Shown piece after piece: positions 22,131 to 31,034 of a stretch of 32,000 nt of DNA. The DNA is from Longivirga aurantiaca (GTDB lineage Bacteria > Actinomycetota > Actinomycetes > S36-B12 > CAIYMF01): positions 840,001-872,000 of the forward strand of contig NZ_JBHSTI010000008.1 of the NCBI RefSeq assembly GCF_042660085.1, given 5' to 3'. A program made the position numbers and the translations under genes. Position 1 is the stretch's first letter; every line of letters starts with the position of its first letter. Below the pieces are notes generated by a model. It ran no database searches. It saw only the letters and a list, made by a program, of their open reading frames with translations, and was not told the DNA's origin.

Positions 22131-23102
22131 GTGCCGAATGTGCCCGCCGGTGGTGCCGGCGAGGTGTCCGGGCTGGGGGAGTTCGGCCTCATCGGAGCGG
22201 TCGTGGGCCGGTTCGCCGTGACGCCCGACGTCCTGCTCGGCCCCGGCGACGACGCCGCGGTGGTGGCGGCCCCGGACTCCCGGGTGGTGGCCACCATGGA
22301 CCTGCTCGTCGAGGGGCGGCACTTCCGCCGCGACTGGTCCTCCGCGCACGACGTAGGGCGCAAGGCAGCGGCCCAGAACCTCGCGGACCTGGTGGCCATG
22401 GGGGCGCGGCCCACGGCGCTGCTGGTGGGGCTCGGCTGCCCGCCGGACCTGCCCGTCGACTGGGCCACCGGGCTCGCGGACGGCCTCGCCGACGAGTGCG
22501 CGCTCGTCGGCGCCACCGTCGTCGGGGGCGACGTCGTACGCAGCGACCACGTCGTGGTCGCCGTGACGGCGCTCGGCGATCTCGAGGGACGGGCGCCCGT
22601 GACACGGTCCGGTGCTCGGCCGGGCGACGTGCTGGCCGTCGCCGGCCGCCTCGGATGGTCGGCAGCCGGTCTCGCCGTGCTCGGGCGCGGCTTCCGGTCG
22701 CCGCGCGTGCTCGTCGAGGCGCACAAGGTGCCGGCGCCGCCGTACGCCGCAGGCCCGGCCGCCGCGGTGGCGGGGGCGACGTCGATGGTCGACGTGTCCG
22801 ACGGGCTGCTGCAGGACGCGGGCCATGTGGCCACGGCGTCCGGGGTGGTCCTGGAGATCGACACCGCGACGCTCGAGGTGGGCCAGCCCCTGGCCGACGC
22901 GGCGGCGGCGTTCAGCGCCGACCCGCTCGAGTGGGTGCTGCGCGGGGGAGAGGACCACGCGCTGCTGGCGACCTTCCCACCGGGCGCCGCGCTGCCCGAC
23001 GGCTTCGTGGCGATCGGCCGCGTGAGCGCGGGCGAGGCGTCGGTGCTGGTCGACGGCGTACCTGCCACCGGTCTCGGCGGCCACGACCACTTCCGGTCCT
23101 GA
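22131..23102 (+). CDS. thiL: Thiamine-monophosphate kinase
   Basis: GTG at 22131 follows GAAGGAGA. LGEFGLIGAV, GPGDDAAVV, DLLVEGRHF, NLADLVAMGARP, VDVSDGLLQDAGH, GGEDHALL and the C-terminal GHDHF match ThiL. Confidence 0.85.
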   Translation: MPNVPAGGAGEVSGLGEFGLIGAVVGRFAVTPDVLLGPGDDAAVVAAPDSRVVATMDLLVEGRHFRRDWSSAHDVGRKAAAQNLADLVAMGARPTALLVGLGCPPDLPVDWATGLADGLADECALVGATVVGGDVVRSDHVVVAVTALGDLEGRAPVTRSGARPGDVLAVAGRLGWSAAGLAVLGRGFRSPRVLVEAHKVPAPPYAAGPAAAVAGATSMVDVSDGLLQDAGHVATASGVVLEIDTATLEVGQPLADAAAAFSADPLEWVLRGGEDHALLATFPPGAALPDGFVAIGRVSAGEASVLVDGVPATGLGGHDHFRS

Positions 23103-23113
23103 CGCTCGAGGAG

Positions 23114-23329
23114 TCAGGTGAGGCGGTAGGTGGCGCCGGGGACGGTGACGACGTCGCCGGCGGCGAGCTGGGCGCCGCGGCGCTGCTCGACCGCGCCGTT
23201 GACCTGCACGTCGCCCGCGGCGAGGAGGTCCTTGGCCTCGCCGCCGGTCTCGACGGCGTTGACGTACTTCAGGAGCTGGCCGAGGCGGATGCCTGCGGCG
23301 CCGACCTCGACGTCCTCGGTGTGGCTCAT
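23114..23329 (-). CDS. RNA-binding S4-domain protein (YbcJ-like, 71 aa)
   Basis: IRLGQLLKYVNAVETGGEAKDLLAAGDVQVNGAVEQRRGAQLAAGDVVTV resembles E. coli YbcJ (LCDLLKLEG...GQVKVDGAVETRKRCKIVAGQTV). Confidence 0.65.
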   Translation of the reverse strand: MSHTEDVEVGAAGIRLGQLLKYVNAVETGGEAKDLLAAGDVQVNGAVEQRRGAQLAAGDVVTVPGATYRLT

Positions 23330-23365
23330 GGCCGCATCCTCTCTCGGTCGTGGGGCTGGGACGTG

Positions 23366-23399
23366 CGAAGGGCCGCACCCGATCGGGTGCGGCCCTTCG
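23366..23399 (-). terminator. Perfect 15-bp stem hairpin downstream of rpmB
   Basis: CGAAGGGCCGCACCC-gatc-GGGTGCGGCCCTTCG lies 17 nt after the rpmB stop (23416-23418). Confidence 0.7.
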
Positions 23400-23415
23400 A
23401 CAGGAGTGCGGAGCG

Positions 23416-23604
23416 TCAGACGCGGGCGACCTTGCCGGCCTTGATGCACGAGGTGCACACGTTGAGCTTCTTGGGGGTCTTGCCCACGAGGGCGCGCACG
23501 GTCTGGATGTTGGGGTTCCAGCGACGCTTGGTCCGGCGGTGCGAGTGCGAGATCGAGTGGCCGAAACCCGGGCCCTTGCCGCAGACGTCGCAGTTGGCAG
23601 CCAC
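23416..23604 (-). CDS. rpmB: 50S ribosomal protein L28
   Basis: GTG at 23602-23604 follows GAGGA. (M)[61 protein letters not shown] is L28. Confidence 0.9.
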   Translation of the reverse strand: MAANCDVCGKGPGFGHSISHSHRRTKRRWNPNIQTVRALVGKTPKKLNVCTSCIKAGKVARV

Positions 23605-23844
23605 GGTGGTAGTCCTCACAGTCGAAACGGGTGGATCCGCCCACCAGCGGCAGGCGTCACGCCCGGACGACCGGGCAACCCTGGAAGGGTACAGGGAGAG
23701 GTGCGGCAGGCCCAAACCGGGCGATCCGGGCCGCCACCCCGCGCCGGTGCGCACCAGCGGGTCGGCGTCGCCCCCGGACACTACGCTCGCGGGGAGCCGT
23801 GACGACCGTCACGCCGTCCACCGCCCCGAGGGAGCAGCGACACC

Positions 23845-25449
23845 GTGCTCGAGCGCCTCGACGCCGCCGGGATCCGGCGCTGGGCCGACCTCGGCCTCGA
23901 GGCCCTCGGCCGCCACCGGGCCGAGATCGACGCGCTCAACGTGTTCCCGGTGCCGGACGGCGACACCGGCACCAACCTGTTCCTCACCTTCGAGTCGGCC
24001 GCCGCTGCCCTCTCGGACGCCGGCGCGAACCTCGACCTGCGCGACACCGTCCGCACCTTCGCCCACGGCGCCCTGCTCGGTGCCCGCGGCAACTCCGGGA
24101 TCATCCTCAGCCAGCTCGTGCGCGGGTTCGCCGAGGCGCTCGCCGGCGCCGACCAGTTAGCCCACCATCAGGAGGCGGTGCTCGTCGACGCCTTCCGCAA
24201 GGCCTCGGACTCGGCGTACGCCGCGGTCGCCGAGCCCAAGGAGGGCACGGTGCTCACGGTCGCGCGGGCGGCGGCCGACGCCGTGGCGGCGCTCGGGCCC
24301 GGCACCAGCCTCGTCGGCCTCGTCACGGCGGCGGCCGACGCCGCGAGCGACGCGCTCGCGCGCACTCCGGAGCAGCTCGAGGCGCTCGCCCGCGCGGGGG
24401 TCGTGGACGCCGGGGGCCGCGGCCTCGTGGTGATCCTCGACGCGCTGGTCGAGACCGTCACCGGCGTACGCCGCGAGGCCGGTCCGGTCGCGCTGCCGCT
24501 CCCGAGGGAGAACGTCGGCGACGACATGCTCGAGGGCGGGGGCGCGTACGAGGTGATGTACCTCGTCGACGCCGAGGAGCCGGCCGTGCACGGCCTGCGC
24601 TCCACCCTCGGCGAGCTCGGCGACTCGCTCGTGGTCGTGGGCGGCGGCGGCCTCTGGAACGTGCACGTGCACACCGACGACATCGGCGCGGCCATCGAGG
24701 CCGGGATCGTGGCGGGGCGGCCGCACCGGATCCGCGTCACCGACCTGCGCCGCGACACCGATCTGCGCGCCGGGGCCGAGGGCCGCGGCGGACGTGCGGT
24801 CGTGGCCGTGGCGCACGGCAACGGCACGGCGGCGCTGCTCGAGGCCTCGGGCGCCGTCGTGGTCAGGGCGCATGGCAACGTCGCGCCGTCCACGGCCGAG
24901 CTGCTCGACGGCGTCCACCGTGCGGGGGCCGCCGAGGTCGTGCTGCTGCCCAGCGACTCCGACATCCGGCCCGTCGCCGAGGCCGCCGCCGATGCCGCGC
25001 GCCGGGAGGGCATGCGGGTGTCGGTGGTGCCGACGCGCTCGATCGTGCAGACGCTGGCCGCCGTCGCGGTGCACGAGGCGGGGCTGTCGTTCGAGGACGA
25101 CGTCGTCTCGATGACGCGCGCGGCCGGTGCCACGCGCTACGGCGGTGTCTCGTTCGCCTCGCGCGAGGCGATGACGAGCGCCGGCCTCTGCCGGGTTGGC
25201 GACGTCCTCGGCATCGTCGGCGGCGACGTCGTCGAGATCGGCGGCTCGGTGGAGGACGTCGCGGCCGCGGTGCTGCTGCGCCTGCTCGCCACGGGCGGAG
25301 AGCTCGTCACGGTCGTGCGTGGGGACGATGCCGACGAGGCCGTCGTAGCCGCCGTGGCCAAGCGCGCCCGGCGCGAGCACCACGGCACCGAGGTCGTCGT
25401 CTTCGAGGGCGGGCAGCCGTACTGGCCGCTGATCCTCGGCGTGGAGTGA
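23845..25449 (+). CDS. DAK2 domain-containing protein (YloV-like DAK2/DegV-type fusion)
   Basis: GTG follows GAGGGAG. NVFPVPDGDTGTNL, GARGNSGIILSQL, EGTVLTV and GVVDAGGRG are typical YloV blocks. The position upstream of recG is conserved. Confidence 0.85.
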   Translation: MLERLDAAGIRRWADLGLEALGRHRAEIDALNVFPVPDGDTGTNLFLTFESAAAALSDAGANLDLRDTVRTFAHGALLGARGNSGIILSQLVRGFAEALAGADQLAHHQEAVLVDAFRKASDSAYAAVAEPKEGTVLTVARAAADAVAALGPGTSLVGLVTAAADAASDALARTPEQLEALARAGVVDAGGRGLVVILDALVETVTGVRREAGPVALPLPRENVGDDMLEGGGAYEVMYLVDAEEPAVHGLRSTLGELGDSLVVVGGGGLWNVHVHTDDIGAAIEAGIVAGRPHRIRVTDLRRDTDLRAGAEGRGGRAVVAVAHGNGTAALLEASGAVVVRAHGNVAPSTAELLDGVHRAGAAEVVLLPSDSDIRPVAEAAADAARREGMRVSVVPTRSIVQTLAAVAVHEAGLSFEDDVVSMTRAAGATRYGGVSFASREAMTSAGLCRVGDVLGIVGGDVVEIGGSVEDVAAAVLLRLLATGGELVTVVRGDDADEAVVAAVAKRARREHHGTEVVVFEGGQPYWPLILGVE

Positions 25450-25466
25450 CGGTGGCCGACCTGAGG

Positions 25467-27695
25467 ATGGACGACCCGCTCAAGAAGGTGCTGGGTCGCA
25501 CGGCCGATGCGCTCGAGAAGGGGCTCGGCCTGCGCACGGTCGAGGACCTGCTGCGCCACTACCCCCGCCGGTACGCCGAGCGGGGCCAGCTCACCGACCT
25601 GCGCATGCTCGAGGTCGACGAGCACGTCACCGTGCTCGCGCGCGTGAGCCGGGTCGACGTGAAGCAGTACAGGGACAAGCGCACCGGTCGGATGGTCGAC
25701 CGGCTCGAGGTGGTCGTCGGCGACGGCGCCAGCACCCTGCAGCTCACCTTCTTCAAGCAGTCGTGGCGCACCAAGGACCTCCGCGTCGGACGCGTCGGCC
25801 TGTTCAGCGGCAAGGTCGGGAAGTTCCGCAGCGACCTGCAGCTCGCGCACCCCGACTACGTCCTGCTCCCCGACGACTCCGACGTCGCCCCCGCGGACGA
25901 GGTCGAGGACGACACCGTCCTGCGCTACGCCGGCGCGCTCATCCCGGTCTACCCGGCCACCGCGGCGATGCCGTCGTGGAAGATCGCGACGTCCGTGGGA
26001 GTGGTGCTCGACCAGCTGCCCGCCGACCTCGACGACCCCCTGCCCGAGGCCACGCGCACCCGCCACTCGCTGCCTCCGCTCGCCGGCGCGATCCGCAAGA
26101 TCCACGTGCCCACCACGCGCGAGGAGATACGCGAGGCTGTCGAGCGCCTCACGTGGGACGAGGCGTTCGTCCTGCAGGCGGTCCTCGCCCAGCGCCGGTA
26201 CGCCGCGGCCGCGCTGCCCGCCACGCCGCGCACCCCGGTGGCCGGCGGCCTGCTCGAGGCCTTCGACGCAAGGCTGCCGTTCACCCTCACCGCCGGCCAG
26301 GTCGAGGTGGGCGCGACGATCGCCGACGACCTCGCCCGCACGCACCCGATGCACCGCCTGCTGCAGGGAGAGGTCGGCTCCGGCAAGACCCTGGTCGCCC
26401 TGCGCGCGATGCTCACGGTCGTCGACTCCGGCGGCCAGGCGGTGCTGCTCGCGCCGACCGAGGTGCTCGCCCAGCAGCACCAGCGGTCGATCATCGCGAT
26501 GCTCGGCCCGCTGGCCGAGCGCGGCCTCCTGGGCGGCGGCGACGTCGGCACCCGCGTCGCACTGCTCACCGGCTCGGTCACCGCGGCGCGACGGCGCGAG
26601 GCGATGCTCGACATCCAGTCGGGCGAGGCCGGGATCGTGATCGGCACCCACGCCCTCCTCGAGGAGAAGGTGCAGTTCTTCGACCTCGGCCTCGTGGTGG
26701 TCGACGAGCAGCACCGGTTCGGCGTCGAGCAGCGCGCAGCACTCGCGGCCAAGGCCCGCGACGACCAGCGACCGCACGTCCTGGTCATGACCGCGACGCC
26801 GATCCCGCGCACGGTCGCGATGACGACGTTCGGCGACCTCGAGACCTCGGTGCTCACCGAGCTGCCCGCCGGCCGCTCGCCGATCACCACGCACGTCGTG
26901 CCGACCTCCGAGAAGCCGGGCTACCTCGACCGCGCGTGGGAGCGCATCCGCGAGGAGGTCAGCGCGGGCAGGCAGGCGTACGTCGTCTTCCCGCGCATCG
27001 GCGGCGACGGTGCCGCGGGGGAGGACGTCGACGAGCCCGCCGACCCCGCGGCCGAGGAGAAGCGCCGACCGCCGCTCGCGGTGCTCGACCTCGTCGACCA
27101 CCTGACCGCCGGGCCGCTGGCCGGACTGCGTGTCGGCGTCCTGCACGGACGGATGCCCAGCGACGAGAAGGACGACGTGATGCGCCGCTTCGGCGCCGGC
27201 CCGTCGTCGCCCGACGGCATCGACGTGCTGCTCGCGACCACCGTGGTCGAGGTGGGCGTCGACGTCCCGAACGCCACGGTCATGGTCGTGATGGACGCAG
27301 ACCGCTTCGGCGTCTCGCAGCTGCACCAGCTGCGCGGCCGTATCGGGCGCGGAGCGCACGCCGGCCTCTGCCTGCTCGTCACCGAGATGCATCCGGCCTC
27401 GCCCGCCCGTGGGCGGCTCGACGCCGTGGCCGCGACGTCCGACGGCTTCGAGCTGTCCCGCATCGACCTCGAGGCGCGCCGAGAGGGCGACGTGCTGGGG
27501 GCGTCGCAGTCCGGAAGGCGCTCGTCCTTGCGCCTCCTCTCGGTGCTGCGCGACGAGGACGTCATCGTGGCCGCCCGCGAGGAGGCGGGCGAGCTCGTCG
27601 CCCGCGACCCCGAGCTCACCACCGTGCCCGCACTCGGGCGCGCCATCGCCGCCCTCCTCGACGAGGACCGCGCCGACTACCTGGAGAAGTCATGA
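25467..27695 (+). CDS. recG: ATP-dependent DNA helicase RecG
   Basis: The N-terminus LEKGLGLRTVEDLLRHYPRRY is RecG-like. Helicase motifs are present: GEVGSGKT (Walker A), VVDEQHRFGV (DEQH), MTATPIPRT and QLHQLRGRIGRG. GTG at 25446 (overlapping the upstream stop) or GTG at 25452 are alternative starts. Confidence 0.9.
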   Translation: MDDPLKKVLGRTADALEKGLGLRTVEDLLRHYPRRYAERGQLTDLRMLEVDEHVTVLARVSRVDVKQYRDKRTGRMVDRLEVVVGDGASTLQLTFFKQSWRTKDLRVGRVGLFSGKVGKFRSDLQLAHPDYVLLPDDSDVAPADEVEDDTVLRYAGALIPVYPATAAMPSWKIATSVGVVLDQLPADLDDPLPEATRTRHSLPPLAGAIRKIHVPTTREEIREAVERLTWDEAFVLQAVLAQRRYAAAALPATPRTPVAGGLLEAFDARLPFTLTAGQVEVGATIADDLARTHPMHRLLQGEVGSGKTLVALRAMLTVVDSGGQAVLLAPTEVLAQQHQRSIIAMLGPLAERGLLGGGDVGTRVALLTGSVTAARRREAMLDIQSGEAGIVIGTHALLEEKVQFFDLGLVVVDEQHRFGVEQRAALAAKARDDQRPHVLVMTATPIPRTVAMTTFGDLETSVLTELPAGRSPITTHVVPTSEKPGYLDRAWERIREEVSAGRQAYVVFPRIGGDGAAGEDVDEPADPAAEEKRRPPLAVLDLVDHLTAGPLAGLRVGVLHGRMPSDEKDDVMRRFGAGPSSPDGIDVLLATTVVEVGVDVPNATVMVVMDADRFGVSQLHQLRGRIGRGAHAGLCLLVTEMHPASPARGRLDAVAATSDGFELSRIDLEARREGDVLGASQSGRRSSLRLLSVLRDEDVIVAAREEAGELVARDPELTTVPALGRAIAALLDEDRADYLEKS

Positions 27696-28585
27696 CGTAC
27701 GACGAGACGGCCTCGACGCTCACGCTGGCTGACGGCCGCGAGCTCGACCTGCGCCGCCGCGGCCCGTCCGGCGGCGACGTGCTCGTCTACATCCACGGCA
27801 CGCCGAGCAGCGCCGCGGCACCGTCCGCGCTGGCCGAGGCGGCGCACGCGCGCGGCCTGCAGCTCGTGAGCTGGTCGCGCCCCGGCTACTCGACGTCGAC
27901 CCGTCAGCCCGGTCGGTCGATCGCGAGCTTCGCGACCGACGCCCGGGAGGTGCTCGACCGGCTCGGGATCGACCGGGTGCACGCGCTCGGCTGGTCCGGG
28001 GGCGGCCCGCACGTGCTGTCGCTCGCCGCGCTGCTGCCCGACCGCATCCGCTCCGCCACCTCGCTCGCGGGCGTCGCGCCGTACGCCGAGACCTCGGGCG
28101 AGCTCGAGTTCCTCGCCGGCATGGGTCGGGACAACATCGAGGAGTTCGGAGCCGCGGTCGAGGGCGAGGAGCCGTTGCGGCAGTTCCTCGCGCCGTTCGT
28201 GCCGGCGCTGCGGGTGGTGACGCCCGCCGGCATCGTCGAGGAGCTCGCGAGCCTGCTGCCCGACGTCGATCGCGCGTACTGCACCGACGAGCACGGTGGC
28301 GAGCTGGCCCAGGCGTTCCACGAGGCGCTCGTGGTGTCCGAGGACGGCTGGGTCGACGACGACCTCGCGTTCGTCCGGCCGTGGGGCTTCGACCTGGCCT
28401 CGATCCGGGTGCCGGTGCACGTGTGGCAGGGGAGCGCCGACCTCATGGTGCCGTTCGCGCACGGCGTCTGGCTTGCCTCGGCTGTCCCCGGCGCCGTGGC
28501 GCACCTGCTCGACGGCGACGGGCACCTCTCGATCGCCGTCGGCCAGGCCGAGGCGATCGTCGACGCGCTGCTCGCCTCCGGCTGA
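27692..28585 (+). CDS. Alpha/beta-fold hydrolase
   Basis: The ATG overlaps the recG stop (ATGA). The oxyanion-region block reads VLVYIHGTPSS and the nucleophile elbow HALGWSGGG (GxSxG). A C-terminal GDGH is a likely catalytic His region. Confidence 0.75.
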   Translation: MTYDETASTLTLADGRELDLRRRGPSGGDVLVYIHGTPSSAAAPSALAEAAHARGLQLVSWSRPGYSTSTRQPGRSIASFATDAREVLDRLGIDRVHALGWSGGGPHVLSLAALLPDRIRSATSLAGVAPYAETSGELEFLAGMGRDNIEEFGAAVEGEEPLRQFLAPFVPALRVVTPAGIVEELASLLPDVDRAYCTDEHGGELAQAFHEALVVSEDGWVDDDLAFVRPWGFDLASIRVPVHVWQGSADLMVPFAHGVWLASAVPGAVAHLLDGDGHLSIAVGQAEAIVDALLASG

Positions 28586-28634
28586 TCCCGGATTCGCCCT
28601 GGCCCAGGTGATACCACGGCGGTACCATCGACCC

Positions 28635-28838
28635 ATGGCCATGACGCTGCGTCTCACCGACGAGGAGACCGACATCCTCCGCGCTCTCGCCGAGCGTGAG
28701 CACCGCTCCATGCAGGAGGTCGTGCGACTCGCCGTCCTCGAGCGCGCCGAGCGCGCCGGGCGCGCCGTCGAGCGCGACGAGGTCCTCGACTGGGCTGAAG
28801 GGCGTTACGCGGCGCTGCTCGAGCGCCTGTCGCAGTGA
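28635..28838 (+). CDS. Ribbon-helix-helix type antitoxin (partner of Doc)
   Basis: MAMTLRLTDEETDILRALAEREHRSMQEVVRLAVLERAE has a beta-strand/helix/helix pattern. The product is 67 aa, and its stop overlaps the toxin start (GTGA). Confidence 0.7.
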   Translation: MAMTLRLTDEETDILRALAEREHRSMQEVVRLAVLERAERAGRAVERDEVLDWAEGRYAALLERLSQ

Positions 28839-29221
28839 GCGGCGAGACGCGGCTGCTCACGACCGAGGACCTCGTCGCCATCGCGACCCGGATCGGCCGG
28901 GGTGACCCCCAGGTGCGCGACCTCGGGCTGCTCGAGTCTGCGGCGGCGCGGCCCGGCACCTCCGTCTTCGGCGACGACGCCTATCCGGACATCGAGACCA
29001 AGGCCGCCGCCCTGCTCGAGTCGCTGGTGCGCAACCACGCCCTGATCGACGGCAACAAGCGGCTCGGCTGGCTCGCTCTCGTCCTGTTCCTGGCGCTCAA
29101 CGGTCATCGCCTCGACGTCGACGACGACGAGGCGTACGACCTGGTGATCGGCGTCGCCGAAGGCCGGCACGAGATCGCCTCGATCGTCGGTGTCCTCCGC
29201 GGCTGGGGGGTCTCCTCGTGA
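28835..29221 (+). CDS. doc: Fic/Doc-family toxin (death-on-curing type)
   Basis: The Doc variant of the Fic motif, H-A-L-I-D-G-N-K-R (NHALIDGNKRLG), is present. The product is 128 aa and sits downstream of a small antitoxin. Confidence 0.85.
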   Translation: MSGETRLLTTEDLVAIATRIGRGDPQVRDLGLLESAAARPGTSVFGDDAYPDIETKAAALLESLVRNHALIDGNKRLGWLALVLFLALNGHRLDVDDDEAYDLVIGVAEGRHEIASIVGVLRGWGVSS

Positions 29222-29805
29222 CACGGATCATCGCGGGCTCGGCGCGCGGGCGGCGGCTCGCCGTGCCTCCGAGCGGGACTCGCCCGACGGCCGACCGGGT
29301 GCGCGAGGCGCTGATGTCGGCGCTCACGCACGAGCTCGGCTCGCTCGGGGGAGCGGCCGTCGCCGACCTCTACGCCGGCACGGGCGCCGTGGGGCTCGAG
29401 GCGCTCTCGCGCGGGGCAGCGCACGCGCTGCTGGTCGACAAGGAGCGCAAGGCCGTCGAGACGCTGCGCGCCAACGTCGAGGCCGTCGGCGTCCCGGGCG
29501 CCGTGGTGCTCGCCGACGACGTCGTGCGGCTCACGGGATCCGTGCCGCCGGCGCTCGCGCGGGCGCCGTACGACCTGGTGTTCGCGGATCCGCCGTACGA
29601 CGTGGCCGACGACGTCGTCGTGCAGGTGCTCACCGGTCTCGCGTCCCACGGGTGGCTCGCCGACGGCGCGCTCGTGGTGGTCGAGCGGGCGCGGCCGCGG
29701 CGCGGGGCGACCTTCGCCTGGCCCGACGGCTACGAGCCAGGCAAGGACCGCACGTACGGGGAGACCGTGCTGCGTACAGCCCTTTGGTACGGTCGCGACG
29801 CCTGA
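29218..29805 (+). CDS. rsmD: 16S rRNA (guanine966-N2)-methyltransferase RsmD
   Basis: MTRIIAGSARGRRLAVPPSGTRPTADRVREALMSAL, DLYAGTGAVGLEALSRGA and VFADPPYD are RsmD signatures. The GTG overlaps the doc stop (GTGA). Confidence 0.88.
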   Translation: MTRIIAGSARGRRLAVPPSGTRPTADRVREALMSALTHELGSLGGAAVADLYAGTGAVGLEALSRGAAHALLVDKERKAVETLRANVEAVGVPGAVVLADDVVRLTGSVPPALARAPYDLVFADPPYDVADDVVVQVLTGLASHGWLADGALVVVERARPRRGATFAWPDGYEPGKDRTYGETVLRTALWYGRDA

Positions 29806-29848
29806 CCAGCGGCCTCCCCGCCGCACCTCGCCGAACCGAGGAGTGACC

Positions 29849-30337
29849 GTGCGCAAGGCCGTCTGTCCCGGCTCGTTCGACCCGGTCACCAACGGGCACC
29901 TCGACATCATCGTGCGCGCCGCGTCGCTGTTCGACGAGGTGACCGTCGCGGTGCTCATCAACAAGACCAAGAGCAGCATGTTCACGGTCGACGAGCGGAT
30001 CGACCTGCTGCGCGAGGTCGTCGCGCCGTACCCGAACGTGAAGGTCGACTCGTTCCACGGGCTGCTCGTCGACTACTGCCAGGCGCGCGACATCGCGGCG
30101 ATCGTGAAGGGGCTGCGGGCGGTCAGCGACTTCGACTACGAGCTGCAGATGGCGCAGATGAACCACCGCCTCGCCGGCGTCGAGACCCTGTTCGTGAGCA
30201 CCAACCCGCTCTACAGCTACCTGTCCTCGTCGCTGCTCAAGGAGATCGCGACGTACGGTGGTGACGTGTCCGGGCTCGTGCCCGAGACTGTGCTCGCCCG
30301 CCTCGGCGAGCGGATCGCCGAACGAGCGCAGGGCTGA
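29849..30337 (+). CDS. coaD: Phosphopantetheine adenylyltransferase
   Basis: (M)RKAVCPGSFDPVTNGHLDII, RAVSDFDYELQMAQMN and SSSLLKEIA match CoaD. I prefer the GTG at 29849 (6 nt after GAGGAG; N-terminal length then matches the mycobacterial MTGAVCPGSFDP) over the GTG at 29843. Confidence 0.92.
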   Translation: MRKAVCPGSFDPVTNGHLDIIVRAASLFDEVTVAVLINKTKSSMFTVDERIDLLREVVAPYPNVKVDSFHGLLVDYCQARDIAAIVKGLRAVSDFDYELQMAQMNHRLAGVETLFVSTNPLYSYLSSSLLKEIATYGGDVSGLVPETVLARLGERIAERAQG

Positions 30338-30370
30338 CGCCCCGCGCGACCCGACAGCCGAAGGACCCCC

Positions 30371-30859
30371 GTGGACGTCCACGACAAGCTCGACGAGCTC
30401 TCCGCCCTGGTCGAGGGCGCCCGCGCGATGCCGATGTCGGCGTCGTGCGTGGTCAACCGCGCCCAGGTGCTCGACCTCCTCGACGAGGCCCGCTCGCTCC
30501 TGCCCGCCTCGCTCGACCAGGCCGACGACATCCTCGCCGAGCGCGACGGCATCGTGGCCGCCGCGCGGGTGAGCGCCGCCGAGGTGCTCGCCCAGGCCGA
30601 CGAGGAGGCCCGGGCACGGGTGTCCGAGCACGAGGTCTACCGCGCGGCGCTGGCCGAGGCCGACGCCGTCCGGGCCGAGGCCGACGCCGAGGCCGAGCGC
30701 ATGCGCCGCGAGACCGACGACTACGTCGACGCCAAGCTCGCCAACTTCGAGGTGGCGCTGCACAAGACCCTCGCCGCGGTCCAGAAGGGCCGCGACAAGA
30801 TCCGTGGCCGCCAGGAGTACGACGAGCTCGGGTACGACGACAGCCCGCTGCCCGGCTGA
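30371..30859 (+). CDS. Conserved hypothetical Ala/Glu/Asp-rich coiled-coil protein
   Basis: GTG follows GAAGGA. Codon usage is coherent, and long helical heptad-like stretches occur (AEVLAQADEEARARVSEHEVYRAALAEADAVRAEADAEAERMRRETDDYVDAKL). I cannot assign a family. Confidence 0.55.
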   Translation: MDVHDKLDELSALVEGARAMPMSASCVVNRAQVLDLLDEARSLLPASLDQADDILAERDGIVAAARVSAAEVLAQADEEARARVSEHEVYRAALAEADAVRAEADAEAERMRRETDDYVDAKLANFEVALHKTLAAVQKGRDKIRGRQEYDELGYDDSPLPG

Positions 30860-31034
30860 GCCGTCCGTCCGGTGCTGGAGTCCGGTTTGGGCGGTACGGC
30901 GGCCCTCCGGTACCCTGGCGTGTCGGCCGTCGTGAGGCCGATCCCCACCGCAGCGCACCCGGTGACCCCGGGGGCGCGCCTGCACGGCCCGGAAAGGCGA
31001 TCTCCTGACCACGCTCGACCCCCGATCCCCTCTC

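Noticed and set aside
23798-23813. Palindrome CGTGACG-AC-CGTCACG about 32 bp upstream of the DAK2 gene start
   Set aside because: It is a real 7-bp inverted repeat, but short GC-rich palindromes are frequent by chance in this composition. No regulator is encoded nearby to link it to.
23631-25466. N-terminal ~610 codons of the 1354-aa ORF ending at the recG stop
   Set aside because: It is an Arg/Gly/Pro-rich frame overlapping the well-supported DAK2 gene. RecG similarity starts only at about 25467.
28586-28634. Possible operator for the antitoxin upstream of the RHH gene (TACC-acggc-GGTA)
   Set aside because: There are only 4-bp arms, which is too weak to call without binding data.
30887-30916. 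Candidate promoter TTGGGC-18 nt-TACCCT upstream of yceD-rpmF
   Set aside because: It fits the loose actinobacterial TANNNT rule, but such matches are common. I did not list it as a feature without start-site data.
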